Below, piece by piece: positions 13,255-27,586 of a DNA stretch of 64,000 nt. This DNA comes from the human T2T-CHM13v2.0 reference genome, Homo sapiens. The stretch lies in NCBI RefSeq assembly GCF_009914755.1, contig NC_060925.1, one strand, 5' to 3'. Below the pieces are notes generated by a model. It did not search any database. It worked only from the letters and a program-made list of their open reading frames with translations, and was not told the DNA's origin. Position 1 is the first letter of the stretch. The number at the start of each line of letters is the position of its first letter. The position numbers and the translations under genes are program-made.

Positions 13255-13545
13255 GACAATTACTTATTGAGCATCTACTTTGTGTCAGACACTGTTGTTA
13301 GGATAAAAAATGTAAAGATGAATAAGATCTCCCCTGCTATCAAAAAGCTCACAGATATGGTGGAAACAGGTGTATAAACAGATCATTGCAACACAATGTG
13401 GTCAGTACAGTGATGGAGATATTGGTCTGCTTATTACAAGGCACAGAGTGAAGGCACTCAGCCCAGACAGAGAGGAGTGGGGGAAGACCTGCTTGTCAGA
13501 GTGGCTTCATGTCAGCAGTGATGCTGAACTAAGTCTTAAAGCTTC
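13255..13545 (-). mobile_element. L2 LINE 3' fragment
   Basis: TTATTGAGCATCTACTTTGTGTCAGACACTG..GATGAATAAGA..CCCTGCT.TCAAAAAGCTCACAG. Confidence 0.75.
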
Positions 13546-14399
13546 ATAAGAACACCCTGTTGTAAATGAATGTCATCCAATTTCATTTTTATTGGAGAAA
13601 TATCATTTTGGTGCAAAATGAACCCTTATTTCCGCTTACTGGGAACATGATCAGCCTTTGGGTTTAAAGGCTGGACGGGAAATTGCTAGGTAGCTGTGGT
13701 TGGCCTATGCAATCACATGTAAATAGGCTTTGGGGCAAATATCTGGTTCCCAGTAGACCAACACCCCTATTATGTAAGGAGGCTGGACTCAGTTCTTGTT
13801 GGGAGAAGTCTGAGAGGATCTCAGGGGAACACAGGAGAAAAAAAAGCTGTTAGGGTCATGAGTCCCTGAAGAAGCCATTTAAAGAGCTAGGCAGGACACT
13901 GGACCATAAGAGGTAAAGGTTGGTGGACAAGAGAGCAGGCTGCTTGGAAGCAGTGCCTACACTAGAGGATCATTCCAGCAGTGGCTTCTAGGGACAATCT
14001 TCCTAGAAGGGCAGCTGGCCAGTCAACATCTCAAGCTCTGACCATTCCTGTTCTCTAGGGACACAGTTATCACATGCAGTCCGATCTCTGCCTCAGATAC
14101 GTATCAATTCTTCAGTCAATGCAATGGGTCCAGTTATATCATGGATTCTCTGATTTGACTCACTCAAGTAATGCTCCTGGACATACTAAGATTTTAGAAA
14201 ATCCCTGGTCACCTAATAGGGTAGTGGAAAAATTGTTTTGAGTTCTTTTCTATCACCATCTAGTGAATAAAGAGCTAAAAAAACCTCTTCTCAGGAGCCA
14301 GACTGAAGCAACATAGAGACAGAGGGAAGTGGATACCTCTGTTACCAAAGGACAAATAGGACCTAGGCAGGTGAGCTGAGAACGGAGGTGGGCACTTCA

Positions 14400-14880
14400 G
14401 AGAGAGGTGAGAATGTGAGCTAGAAGAGGGAGGAAAAATATCATGGTCGAGCAGAGAATGGCAAGCAGGTCTGTATTGTCATTGCTTGAAGTGGGAGGCG
14501 GGGAGTGACAGGGGAGGCGCACAGGCAGTAGACAATGGAGAACTTTGTAGAACAAGTTAGGGAGCCTGCATTTCATCTGGTAGGCAAAGTGGACTCATAT
14601 GAAAGTTCTAAGCAGAGAAATGTAATGATATAGTTTGTTTCTTAAATGTCATACATAGATCACTTTGGAGGTTCTAGAGACAAAGGACTTGGGAGAGCAA
14701 ACTGGGAAGCTGCTGTAATTGGCCAGATAAGAGAGGAAGTGACCTTAACTAAAAAAGTGATGGTAGAGTTGGGGAGAAGAGGATGGATCAGAGGAATATA
14801 GAAGTAGTAAAATCAGCAGAATGTAAATCAAAGAGGGCAGAGGAAGGAGAGGATCGTCAAGGATGGTGCTTTGGGTAAAA
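14400..14880 (-). mobile_element. L2 LINE fragment
   Basis: TTCTAAGCAGAGAAATGTAATGAT.., GATCACTTTGG, GGAAGCTGCTGTAATTGGCCAGATAAGAGA, GGAGAAGAGGATGGAT are L2 RT-region signatures. Confidence 0.65.
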
Positions 14881-16129
14881 AGGCATTTGCACAGTCTGCC
14901 ACATAATGGACATTTGATAAATATTTACACAAGTACAGTTCCCTGTCGTGATGATTGCTTTTCTATTACTACTACTGAGTGTTGCTAAAATGAGAATTCT
15001 AGTTTCAGCTTACTCACTGTGTGATCTTAGGAAAGTCATACTGTCTCTTCTATAAAATGAGAAGCTTTGAGTAGATAAATTCTAAAGTCCTTCCCATCTT
15101 TGACTTTTCTGGCAAAATATTGTGGACCAATATTGGAAACATATTATAAAGCTGATGACAATGTTTTCATAGATAGAGTTACTCCAAACTTCAAACAACC
15201 AACTTAAATGAATTTTTGGAAGAACATTCTAATTTGAGGACTGCCAGTACTCTCTTACCTCATTTCCATTTTCCCCCCGCAGGTATAATTTCTTCATGAG
15301 TATAAGTCTTGCCTGTCCAAAAAAGCTTAAGAGACTATGACATATGTTTTGGGTCTCCTATAATGGTATATATGGTATAGTGCCAGGTACATTTCATCAT
15401 TCAAAATTTACTTGAGTTGAATTCAATTATGTCTCTCTGCAGGGGCTTGATCCTAAATACTTCAAGTATACACTCATTCATTCTTCTCTTCAATCAGCAG
15501 ATACTTATAGAGTGCATAACCAGGTGCAAACTGAATAAGACATCAACAGTTCACTCAAGGAGTGAAGAGTGTAGCAGAGTAAATAAGATGTTTATGTAGG
15601 AAGCCATAGTGTGTGCTGGGAAGTGAATGATGGTATGGACTCTTATATGGACTCTTATGGACACTATAAAGTGATGTGGCTGCTAAAAGAAGACAGTAAT
15701 TACTTCCAGTGAAAAGAAAGTGAAGGAAGATGTCTCTGGGAGATATTATAATGGCTTGTGCCCCACACTGAAAGTGATGTAGCTATTAGCACTGTCTGCT
15801 GGTCATTAAGATGAAGACTTAAAGATGAATGGCTGAGCACTGGGGTGCACTCTCACTAGGAGGCAGAGTTCGGCTGGGATGAATCTCATCAGACCAGTCA
15901 ATGGTGAAATTCCAGCCATTGGCTTCACAGGGAAAGCAGAGTGTATGGAGAGATCACTAGACTTGAAATTAGAATGCCTAGGTTCCATTCTCATGACCCA
16001 ACTTTCTGAATTGCGCGACCTTTGACAATCAGTGCAACTTGTCTTATCCTCCAGTTGCTTCATCTGAAGGGTCACTAGAAATGACTGTTTAGCTTTGTGA
16101 AGATCAATGGATATGATAGTTGTAATTAA

Positions 16130-16380
16130 CATTGTAGCTAATGGTCACTGAGTGCTTGCTATGGGCTGTGCAACTGTCTGAAACACTTTAATGTATTAAT
16201 TCATTTAATCCTCACAATAATCCTATTAAGCAGGTACTCTTGTATCCCTTTTTCGTATAGGTAATGTTGGAGCACCAGTAACTATCCCAAGGGCATGCAG
16301 GTAAGAAGCAGTGAAGAAGGTATCAAACCCAGTCAGTCAGGCTCTTGAGCCCACACTCTCTGATCATTATGCCCTATTGC
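16130..16380 (-). mobile_element. MIR SINE
   Basis: CTGAGTGCTTGCTATG..ATTAATTCATTTAATCCTCACAATAATCCTAT..CCCAAGG..TCAAACCCAGTCAGTC. Confidence 0.8.
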
Positions 16381-16793
16381 CTGTCTTCTAGCATGACACT
16401 TTGTAAACTGTAATATGATATCTAATAGGAACAATAATATTCCTCTAATGAAGTACCCCAGTTGGTCCAGACTAAAGGTAAATAGAAACAGTAGCAAAAT
16501 TTAATAGGAAAAGATGCACATTATATTATATAAAGCTTAAAAATTGGAACCAGTTCTCTTATAGTAGCTTCTGGATATGTTGTCTGCCCAGGAGATTAAA
16601 TTACAAATGATATAATTTACAGAAAAGTTTAGCACCTGAAAGAAACATAGTGATTATGTAGCCTAGCCTTTTCATTGTGCTGTTAAAGACATGCCTCAGA
16701 AGTTTAAGTGACGTGACTAAGGTCACACAATTGGCAAAGTGGAGAATCAAAAACTATTTAGTAATTGTAGAATTTAGAATTAAAGGAGTGGGA

Positions 16794-17307
16794 TGTTAGG
16801 TGCACAAAATTACCTTCCTTTTTTAGCCTTCTGTCTTGTCACCAATCATTCCTACTTGGTGGCCATATACTTGGAAAAAAAGCCGCATGATCTTTCTTGC
16901 CCCACTCAATGTCTAAGACACCCTGCTTCCTTTGCTTGCATCCCACAGACTATTTCCCTTATCCTATTTACTACAGCAAATCTCTCCTTAGTTGATGAGA
17001 CTGTGTTTCTCGCTCTTTAAAACCCTACCTATCCTGAATGGTTTGTCATTGTCTGCCTTGAAAATCCCTCCTCTTTCTCTTCCTCTATTCTCTAAATAAG
17101 GATGGGGCTAAGTTATACCCAAAGCTCACTTTACAAAATATTTCCTCGGTACTTTGCAGAAAACACCGAAAAAAATGCCGTTTTAAAAGAGGTGTATTTT
17201 TTCTTTTAGAATGTGAGCTCCTCAAGAGCAGGGACAATGTTTTCTGTATGTTCTGTTGTGCCTAGTACACTGTAAATGCTCAGCAAATACTGATGATAGG
17301 AAAAAAA
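16794..17307 (+). pseudogene. Processed retrocopy fragment of the distal YWHAZ (14-3-3 zeta) 3'UTR
   Basis: Recalled close match to the YWHAZ mRNA 3' end (GGTGCACAA.ATTACCTTCCT..GCCGCATGATCTTTCT..CATCCCACAGACTATTTCCC..GGGGCTAAGTTATACCCAAAGCTCACTTTACAAAATATTTCCTC..GTGCCTAGTACACTGTAAATGCTC), ending in A7 at 17301-17307. No coding sequence present. Confidence 0.8.
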
Positions 17308-19494
17308 GTTATGCCATAAAATTTCTGTTGATTGATAAGTTGACCTTATCCTGTCAAAGTATATTTCTCCACAATTGAATTGCTTCTCTAAGTTAATGCT
17401 AGAGACATACACTCTTAATTTGTAATGCTTCCTGTAGAAGATATCATAAAGTAGAAACTTATTGCTCTGTTTGTATTCTATCAGTTGCATTATGCCATAC
17501 AAAGTCTAGGAATGTGTCTTGTTTTTTTTTTTTACATTCACATTTAAAGGTAGCTACTTCCTCCAAATGTGTAAGAAGAAAATTTATCCACTATGAGTGG
17601 ACTCTAGTTTTTCTGTTACATTTATTCAAAGTATTTGTCTTTTTTAGACCAGGAAATTTGAGCCTCTTACAAGCACTGTTTTGAATACTCTGCATTTTGG
17701 AGGCCAGGAAACCTCTATTTATTTACTGGGCTCCAGGGTTCTGTTACTTTGGTCTCTGTTAAATGAGTGAAGCCAATCTGATAAACTAATTTAAGCTGTG
17801 TTCCTAGCTGTTAATGGCTTTCTGTGCGATTCAGATAAGATGTGTGCTTTGACAGGAGCTTTCAGAAATAGATTTTAGGGTTTTGGGACAGAGCCCCTGT
17901 AGAGATAGGAACTTGGGGAGGGGCTTGTAAAATAAAACAACAATAAATTGAAAATAATAATAATAATAATAATATCGCAAGCAAAACTGCTATCTATGAA
18001 ATGCTTGCTCTGTGCCAGGAATGTTGTGCTTTCTGAATGGGATTCCCCTAAATGTTCTTTGAGGGCATCAAAGATCAAACTTATTTGAATTATTTTCTGT
18101 TTTCAGAGTATCTATAAATGCAAGCTGGAGACAGGACTCGGTCACATAGGGCTTCAGGATGTATACGTGGTATTATATTTTCTCAAGGCATTTTGAATTT
18201 GGGAGAAAAGGAAACCTTATTTTTAGGTGAGCTAGGCTAAACATAGGCCTAAATCTTTCTTACAGGAGCCAAACATTAAGTTTAGAAGCAACCTTTTAAT
18301 TCATTAACTAGTCAATGATTTGACTCTGTAACCAGATCTTCATTATACATTTTCAAGATACCAGTCATCGAGAAGGATATGTTCAAAAGAAGGCCAGTCC
18401 CTTCTCTGGATGAGACGCTATCCTGGCTCAGTCCTGGATATGCCTGAGAGCAGGGAGGTATTGGTTTTTGCCTATGAGTGCCTGGGCTGTGGGCCCATCT
18501 CCACACACAGAGAGAATCAAAGGCGTAGAGAAATGTGTTTAGTTCGATGACAGGGCTAAGGCCCACAGCTACAATTTAGTCAGGACATTGCCCTTTGGCT
18601 GCCGCTCAGTGCCCACAAATTCAGGATGTTGGCACAGAAACAGGTGGTGTCCATCTGGGCTGGTGAAAGCACATGATCTTCTCTTAACATGTGATGAAGC
18701 AGGCACCCAGAGCAGCTCCCAAACAGCAGGCTCTGTGGCCGCCTTCACTGCTGATTCCATTACCACTCCACCACAAGAGGTGAGGAGCAGCTGCCCCTCC
18801 GAAGGCCGTGCCCCAGGACCCACTTGCTTTCACCTTCACTTCTCAGCTCCAGCCCTCCCCCACAGCTGTTTCAGAGGACAAAGACACTTTATTGCAATAT
18901 GCAAAGCTCTCAGGATGCAAACTATATCTGGATTAACAACTATAAGTACAGTTTTATTACTTCAGCTTGGCATTTGCTGACACAGAAAGCAAGTATTTAT
19001 TGTCATCTCCATCCTGCTTCCCAGTTTTAACTTTTGTTCTCCTGCCATCCAACTCCAATTCCAGAGTTATTTTCTTTGCTTCCTCAGATTACTGAGGAGA
19101 TAATGTCCTTTCTATTTGCCCTCAGGTCCACACCTCGTTTTAAAGCCAAAGCTATCACCCTGACTACTGGATTCCAATCTGATGAGTGCTTAGTTACTAC
19201 CCCAAGATTTCCATGAAGAAGCTGATAAATGACACATGTTTGAGAAAGCTTTATGGGTCTTGCAAGCACAAAGGAGTCAACTCCTGATTAGATGAGAAAG
19301 CTAACTATGCAAAAGGAAGGTGGCCAGTCTTTGTGATATTTCATTGGTCATATTCCCCCTGACATGTTGTTTAAAAGCAAGGAACATTATCAAACCAGCA
19401 TGTATGGAGAGGTTAGGAACAAGAATAGTGAAGGTCAGGAAACTACAACTAGATCGTTTAAAAATATTTATTGAAGGCCTGATAATAATTTTGA

Positions 19495-19725
19495 AGGCAT
19501 TTTTGAGTGCTATGTGCCCATCATTATGCTAAACACTTTCTATGAACTACCTAACTTAATTTTCACAATGAATATTTGAGATAGGAATGACTGGTATCCA
19601 CTTAAAAACAAAACTATCAAGGCTATGGGAATTATGTGGCTTGATCTATGAGAGTTTGCATATTATAGAGTGATCCAGGATTTGAACTAACGTAGTCTAA
19701 CTTTAAGCCTATAGGCTTCACACCA
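19495..19725 (-). mobile_element. MIR SINE
   Basis: TTTTGAGTGCTATGTGCC..TGCTAAACACTTT..CCAGGATTTGAACT..GTCTAACTTTAAGCC. Confidence 0.7.
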
Positions 19726-20454
19726 GGTGCAGGGTCATGTGTTTTATACTTGACATTCAAAAAAATTAACAAACAAGACAAATAGTGTGCCTGCACTTAT
19801 GGAATTTACAGTCTAATAGTAGTGAAAAATAAATAATTGTCGTGTTATGGTAAGGGCCATGAAAAGCTCATGGCTTATTCCTGTGATAGAACACCACTGG
19901 TCATTTTCCTTTCTCTTTTTCCTCTTACCAACCTGTACATAAATATCAAAGTAATCTTCCTAAGAAAATTGTCCTTCATATTCATAAGACTGCAATAACC
20001 TAAACCCTCCTCAACTGAAACATGTTTATAAGGAAGAACTGAAAGGATTAAGGAAGTCTCTTTTAGAAAAAAGAAGACTCAGGAACACAGTAGTTATTTT
20101 TTCATATAGTCAAGGAGCAAGTAATCAAAGGTTCAAAGAATTCTTCTGTAGCCTGCAGCACCTACTATGTGGCAGGGTGTGTGCTTGGTGCTGAAGATAC
20201 TAAGAAGAATCATAAAAATGCTAAGAAGAAGTCCAAAAGTCAAACATGAGAATCACTACTTATTAAACTAATTGATTTGCAGACACTGGGGAGACATCAA
20301 TGATCTCTTTGGGGGAAGTACGTGAAGAGATATGCTAAGCAAAGAGAATCATGGAACCGCTAAGAGACAGGCAACTGGGAGATAACTTGATTTAGAGTAT
20401 CTTAAGCAAACAAATAATCCAACAACACTATTTTCGTTACTGGTGATTCATTGA

Positions 20455-20640
20455 GGAGGGAGAAAAGGTTTAGGTTTTTAAGTCAGTCAGTCCAGGCTCT
20501 GAATTCTGCCCCAGTTGCTAGCTAGCTATTGATTGTGGGCAAGAAACATAAACTTTATGAGCAAATTTTTCCTCATTTGTAAACATGAAAATAATACACA
20601 TATCAAAGAAGTAAATGACAGATGTGATAAGTACTTCTGA
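20455..20640 (+). mobile_element. MIR SINE
   Basis: CTGAATTCTGCCCCAGTTGCTAGCTAGCT..TGTGGGCAAG..TTTCCTCATTTGTAAA. Confidence 0.65.
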
Positions 20641-20859
20641 ATGTAGGAAAAAGCAGTAAGTCATTGTTAGCTTCATTCATTCATTTATTCAGTGTCACAG
20701 AGACTTGAATGGGAAAGTCATGTCAAATGCTGAAGTACATAAAAGAACAATACCAGAAGGCAGGTAGGAGGAAGGTTGTGTATTATTTGGAAGACATTCA
20801 TTATAAATGACAAAATTTAACAAGAAGTAGATAAAAAAGAAAAGACGAGAATAAAAGGA

Positions 20860-21600
<741 letters not shown>

Positions 21601-21941
21601 AACCCCTGGCACACCACCCAGAGGAAGTACAGTTACTAGAATAGCAGACTTTTTGGTTTTTTGTTTGTTTATTTTACCAGAGAAGGAGAAAAGGATGAAG
21701 AAAAAAAAAAGCCATCAATGTCCACAACTGGAAAGGATATTGAAATTCAAGATATATAATTAGACTACTGATAAATGTTATTGATAACATTTGAGACACA
21801 GGTAAAAAGGGAATAAGACTTCTCATCACCAATGTGCATATTAATAAGCTAAACTTATGGCATTTTATTACCATGAAAGTATTTAAAACAATTGCTAGTA
21901 TCAGTAACACTCTTTGATTTGGGCAAGGAAATCCTGCCTTA

Positions 21942-22413
<472 letters not shown>

Positions 22414-22499
22414 TTACATCTGCCCTAACACCTTTCATTCCCCCAGAGAAATGCTTCTCCACATCTCTTGTCCTTTGTCCTCAAAATGAAAGACAATTA

Positions 22500-22672
22500 T
22501 GAGAAGAGAGGATTTTAAATGTTCCCAACACAAAAAAAGGATAAGTGTTTTGAGGTGATATATATGCTAATTACCATGATTTGATCATTACACATGGTAT
22601 AACTGTATCAAAGTATCATTCAGTACCCCATAAATATGTATAATTATTATGTGTCAATTAATAATAAAGTTA
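22500..22672 (+). mobile_element. L1MA 3' end fragment
   Basis: GAGGATTTTAAATGTTCCCAACACAAA..GAGGTGAT..ATGCTAATTACC.TGATTTGATCATTACAC..TACCCCATAAATATGTATAATTATTATGTGTCAATT. Confidence 0.85.
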
Positions 22673-23763
22673 ATTTAAGAAGCAATTGTATCCAAATACC
22701 ATTAAGTTGGTGGATTGTGGCGCTAGGAGATGGATACACCCTGGCACTAGGAGGGGTTTGAATGGCAGAAGCTATTAGGACAGAAAAAAACAAATTAATT
22801 AACTTGTCAAATTTGTCCTCTAGGATAACATGAATATATCACATTCTTGTATAAAAGATTATCATTCCCCAGTAGTGCCAATTGTCCATTTTCTTGCTTC
22901 TCTTTGCATTCCAATTTGCAGTTTCACAGAGAATCATCAACTAGCACAGGTTACACATGGCAGATGAGAAATGTTTTGCAATGTTAAACAGTTTATATAA
23001 CTCTTAACTTTAGACATTTGTGGCCAACATAATATGCGTAATATTAGAAAGGTATGGCCCTGATTCTTTACATTGGCAGGTACAAAGAAATTGAACTCTA
23101 GAATTGTGAACAAATTAATTTTGTAAAAATATTTGAGTTTTAAGTAAATATTGAGATTTAAGTAAAGCTTGAAAAATAAAACTTTAGCTTAAAATAATCT
23201 TGAATTCATGATATTTATTAAATACAATTCATATTTGCCTTTTTATTTGAACACATTTAAGTACTTAAAAAAACTTTCTTAAAAACATACATGTTATTTT
23301 GTTTATAAAATCTTTCATATTTATTTTAATTTGAATTTTAATGAGAATATACTCAAATCTTGTACACTTTTACAGCTATTTTTAAAATCCCTTAAATGAG
23401 AATGAGTACAAGATTGTGATATACACATTAAGAAATTTGAGCTCATGAAAGAAAAGAAGCTGTAAAGAAAAAAGAAAAAAAAAGATGAGCAATTTAGAAT
23501 TATAAACAATGAAAGTAACCATACTTCTGAAATGCAATACCCAGATAAAATGTGTGATTATTACATTACAAATGTTTTATTACATAAATAATTATTTATG
23601 AAAACAATGCACATGGGCAAGAAAATTATTCCTACTAAATCTTCAACTTGAACAGGTGAAAGGAAATGCCTGCAACTTCATATCCCTTACTAAATAAAAA
23701 CTTAATTACCAATAAAAACAATGAGAATGAAAAAGAGAATTTTCTTTTGTGTGTATGTGACCT

Positions 23764-25243
23764 TTATTATTATTATTATACTTTAAGTTCTAGGGTACAT
23801 GTGCACAACATGCAGATTTGTTACACAGGTATACATGTGCCATGTTGGTTTGCTGCACCCATCAACTTGTCATTTACATTAGGTATTTCTCCTAATGCTA
23901 TCCCTTGCCCCAAGCCCCTCAGCCCCCAAAAGGCCCTGGTGTGTGATGTTCCCCTCCCTGTGTCCATGTGTTCTCATTGTTCAACTCCCACTTATGAGTG
24001 AGAACATACGGTGTTTGGCTTTCTGTCCCTGTGATATTTTGCTGAGAATGATGGTTTCCAGCTTCATCCATGTCTCTGCAAAGGACATGAACTCATCCTT
24101 TTTTATGGCTGCATATTATTCCATGGTGTACATGTGCCACATTTTCTTTATCCAGTCTATTATTGATGGACATTTGGGTTGGTTCCAAGTCTTTGCTATT
24201 GTGAATAGTGCCACAATAAACATACATGTGCATGTGTCTTTATAGTAGCATGATTTATAATCCTTTGGGTATATACCCCGTAAGGGGATTGCTGAGTCAA
24301 ATGGTATTTCTAGTTCTAGATCCTTGAGGAATCGCCACACTGACTACCACAATGGTTGAACTAGTTTACAGTCCCACCAACAGTGTAAAAGTGTTCCTAT
24401 TTCTCCATATCCTCTCCAGCATCTGTCGTTTCCTGACTTTTTAATGATCGCCATTCTAACTGGCATGAGATGGTATCTCATTGTGGTTTTGATTTGCATT
24501 TCTCTGATGACAAGTTATGATGACCATTTTTTCATGTCTGTTGGCTGCATAAATGTCTTTTTTTGAGAAGTATCTGTTCATATCCTTTGCCCACTTTTTG
24601 ATGGGATTTTTTTTCTTGTAAATTTGTTTAAGTTCTTTGTAGATTCTAGATATTAGCCCTTTGTCAGATGGATAGATTGCAAACATTTTCTCCCATTCTG
24701 TAGGTTGCTTGTTCACTCTGATGGTAGTTTCTTTTGCTGTGCAGAAGCTCTTTAGTTTAATTAGATCCCATTCATCAATTTTGGCTTTTGTTGCCATTGC
24801 TTTTGGTGTTTTAGTCATGAAGTCTTTGCCCACGCCTATGTCCTGAATGGTATTGCCTAGGTTTTCTTCTAGGGTTTTTATGGTTTTAGGTCTAACATTT
24901 AAGTCATTAATCCATCTTGAGTTAATTTTTGTATAAAGTGTAAGGAAGGGATCCAGTTTCAGCTTTGCACATATGGCTAGCCAGTTTTCCCAGCACCATT
25001 TATTAAATAGGGAATCCTTTCCTCATTGCTTGCTTTTGTCAAGTTTGTCAAAGATCAGATGATTGTAGATGTGTGGTGTTATTTCTGAGGCCTCTGTTCT
25101 GTTCCATTGGTCTATATATCTGTTTTGGTACCAGTACCATGCTGTTTTGGTTACTGTAGCCTTGTAGTATAGTTTGAAGACAGGTAGCGTGATGCCTCCA
25201 GCTTTGTTCTTTTTGCTTAGGATTGTCTTGGCTATGGGGGCTT
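23764..25243 (-). mobile_element. L1PA (about PA6-7), 5'-truncated, 1.5 kb
   Basis: L1 3'UTR and ORF2 C-terminus on the minus strand (ORFs [20 protein letters not shown]..., [18 protein letters not shown]...). Confidence 0.96.
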
Positions 25244-25951
25244 GAAAAAAAGAATTATTAACAGCAAATTTGCAATTTGGAAACGTCAAACACAATTTTG
25301 ACCTGCTCATTGAAAGATAAAGAAAGTTACATTTATAAAATTGGCAAATTCCATGACTAAAGAAGAAGCTATTAGCTTTATTATCTTGGGCTTTATTAGG
25401 TGAAGATATTAGAAAATGGTCATGATATCCTTTTGACATTGTATGAATAGTTTGAGCAAAACAGAATTCAATTCAAATCAATATATCTATCCCAAAATTT
25501 TAGCCAAAAATTCAGCAGACTTTTTGGTGCCATATACATTGCATAGTTTAAATTTGTCACTAGAGGACGTAGTCACAACTATGCCAATAGATGCGATATT
25601 CTTTGAAACAACTTAAACATTACATACAATATTTTCTGAATCTACCAAGGATAGAATAATAGAATATTTTGATGTAAGACATATCAAATTTGACCTTACA
25701 ACAACTGTTAGACACCTGATGGGAATGCCAACCAAATGGTGTTAGAAACAATTAAATTTATATTAAACAAGGTAAGAGAAGATCCTTAAAAATGTCGTAA
25801 GTTATGGTCTTTAGCAGAAAACAAAATTAAGTTTAATTTGTGTTATCCACAGTCATTTATTAAGAAATGTTGCTTGCTATTAATAATGCTAGCAAAAGCT
25901 TATGAACACCACTACCAACATCAAATGAATATATTTTTTAAAGGGTAAAGG

Positions 25952-26270
25952 GGCTGGGTGCGGTGGCTCATGCCTGTAATTCCAGCACTTTGGGAGGCAG
26001 AGGCAGGTGGATCACAAGGTCAGGAGTTCAAGACCAGCCTGACCAATATGGTGAAACCCCATCTCTACTAAAAATACAAAAATTAGTCAGGCATGGTGGT
26101 GTGTGCCTGTAGTCCCAGCTACCTGGGAGACTGAGGCAGGAGAATTTGCTTGAACCTGGAAGGTGGAGATTGCAGTGAGCCACGGTTGTGCTGCTGCGCT
26201 CCAGCCTGGGTGACAGAGTGAGACTCTGTCTCAAAAAAAAAAAAAAAAAAAAAAAAAAAAACAAAAAAAA
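25952..26270 (+). mobile_element. Alu (AluSg/Sc-like)
   Basis: GGATCACAAGGTCAGGAG, long poly-A, TSD AA(A/G)GGGTAAAG. Confidence 0.96.
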
Positions 26271-26933
26271 GGGGTAAAGAGATATTGCTCAAGCTTTTAG
26301 AGAAAGTGTTTTTACATATATATTTACAATGTATTCATATGTAAGTATATATATATAAAACTTGTCATTGACTTGAAGCTGAGAGAAAATGTTTCTAAGT
26401 TAAAAGAAACTGCATATGAAAACACAACAAAAGTGACATTAAAATAAAATAAAATAAACGAGAAAGAAATGAAGAGAACATTTTTATAACTCTGAAGGAA
26501 AGAATTCATACACAAAAATTTTGGTATTAATTTCTATATAGGCTATTTTTAAGACCAGTAGAGATAATAGTATACTCTCAATTAAACAGAGATAACTAGA
26601 TATGGCCGTTTTTTTTCTTTATAATGTTCCAGCATTGAAATTTTGAAAGAAGAACTTAAGTAATACTGTATGTATCTATATATTGCTGCTAGAAATGGTA
26701 AAGAATTGAGATATAAGTGATAGTAATTTATATGACTAAATTTATATATTTTGTAACATACTCTGTGATAAAGGTAATTTCTTACATTTGACCCTATTAC
26801 AATGTTTGAACATACTATGCAAGATTTATGGTCCATTTACATTTTAAACATTACTTTAAATATTATTTTCTTGTCAGTTCCTATTGCTATTGCCTCAGAA
26901 AGCAAATTTTCTACAAATTGAAAATAACAAAAA

Positions 26934-27586
<653 letters not shown>

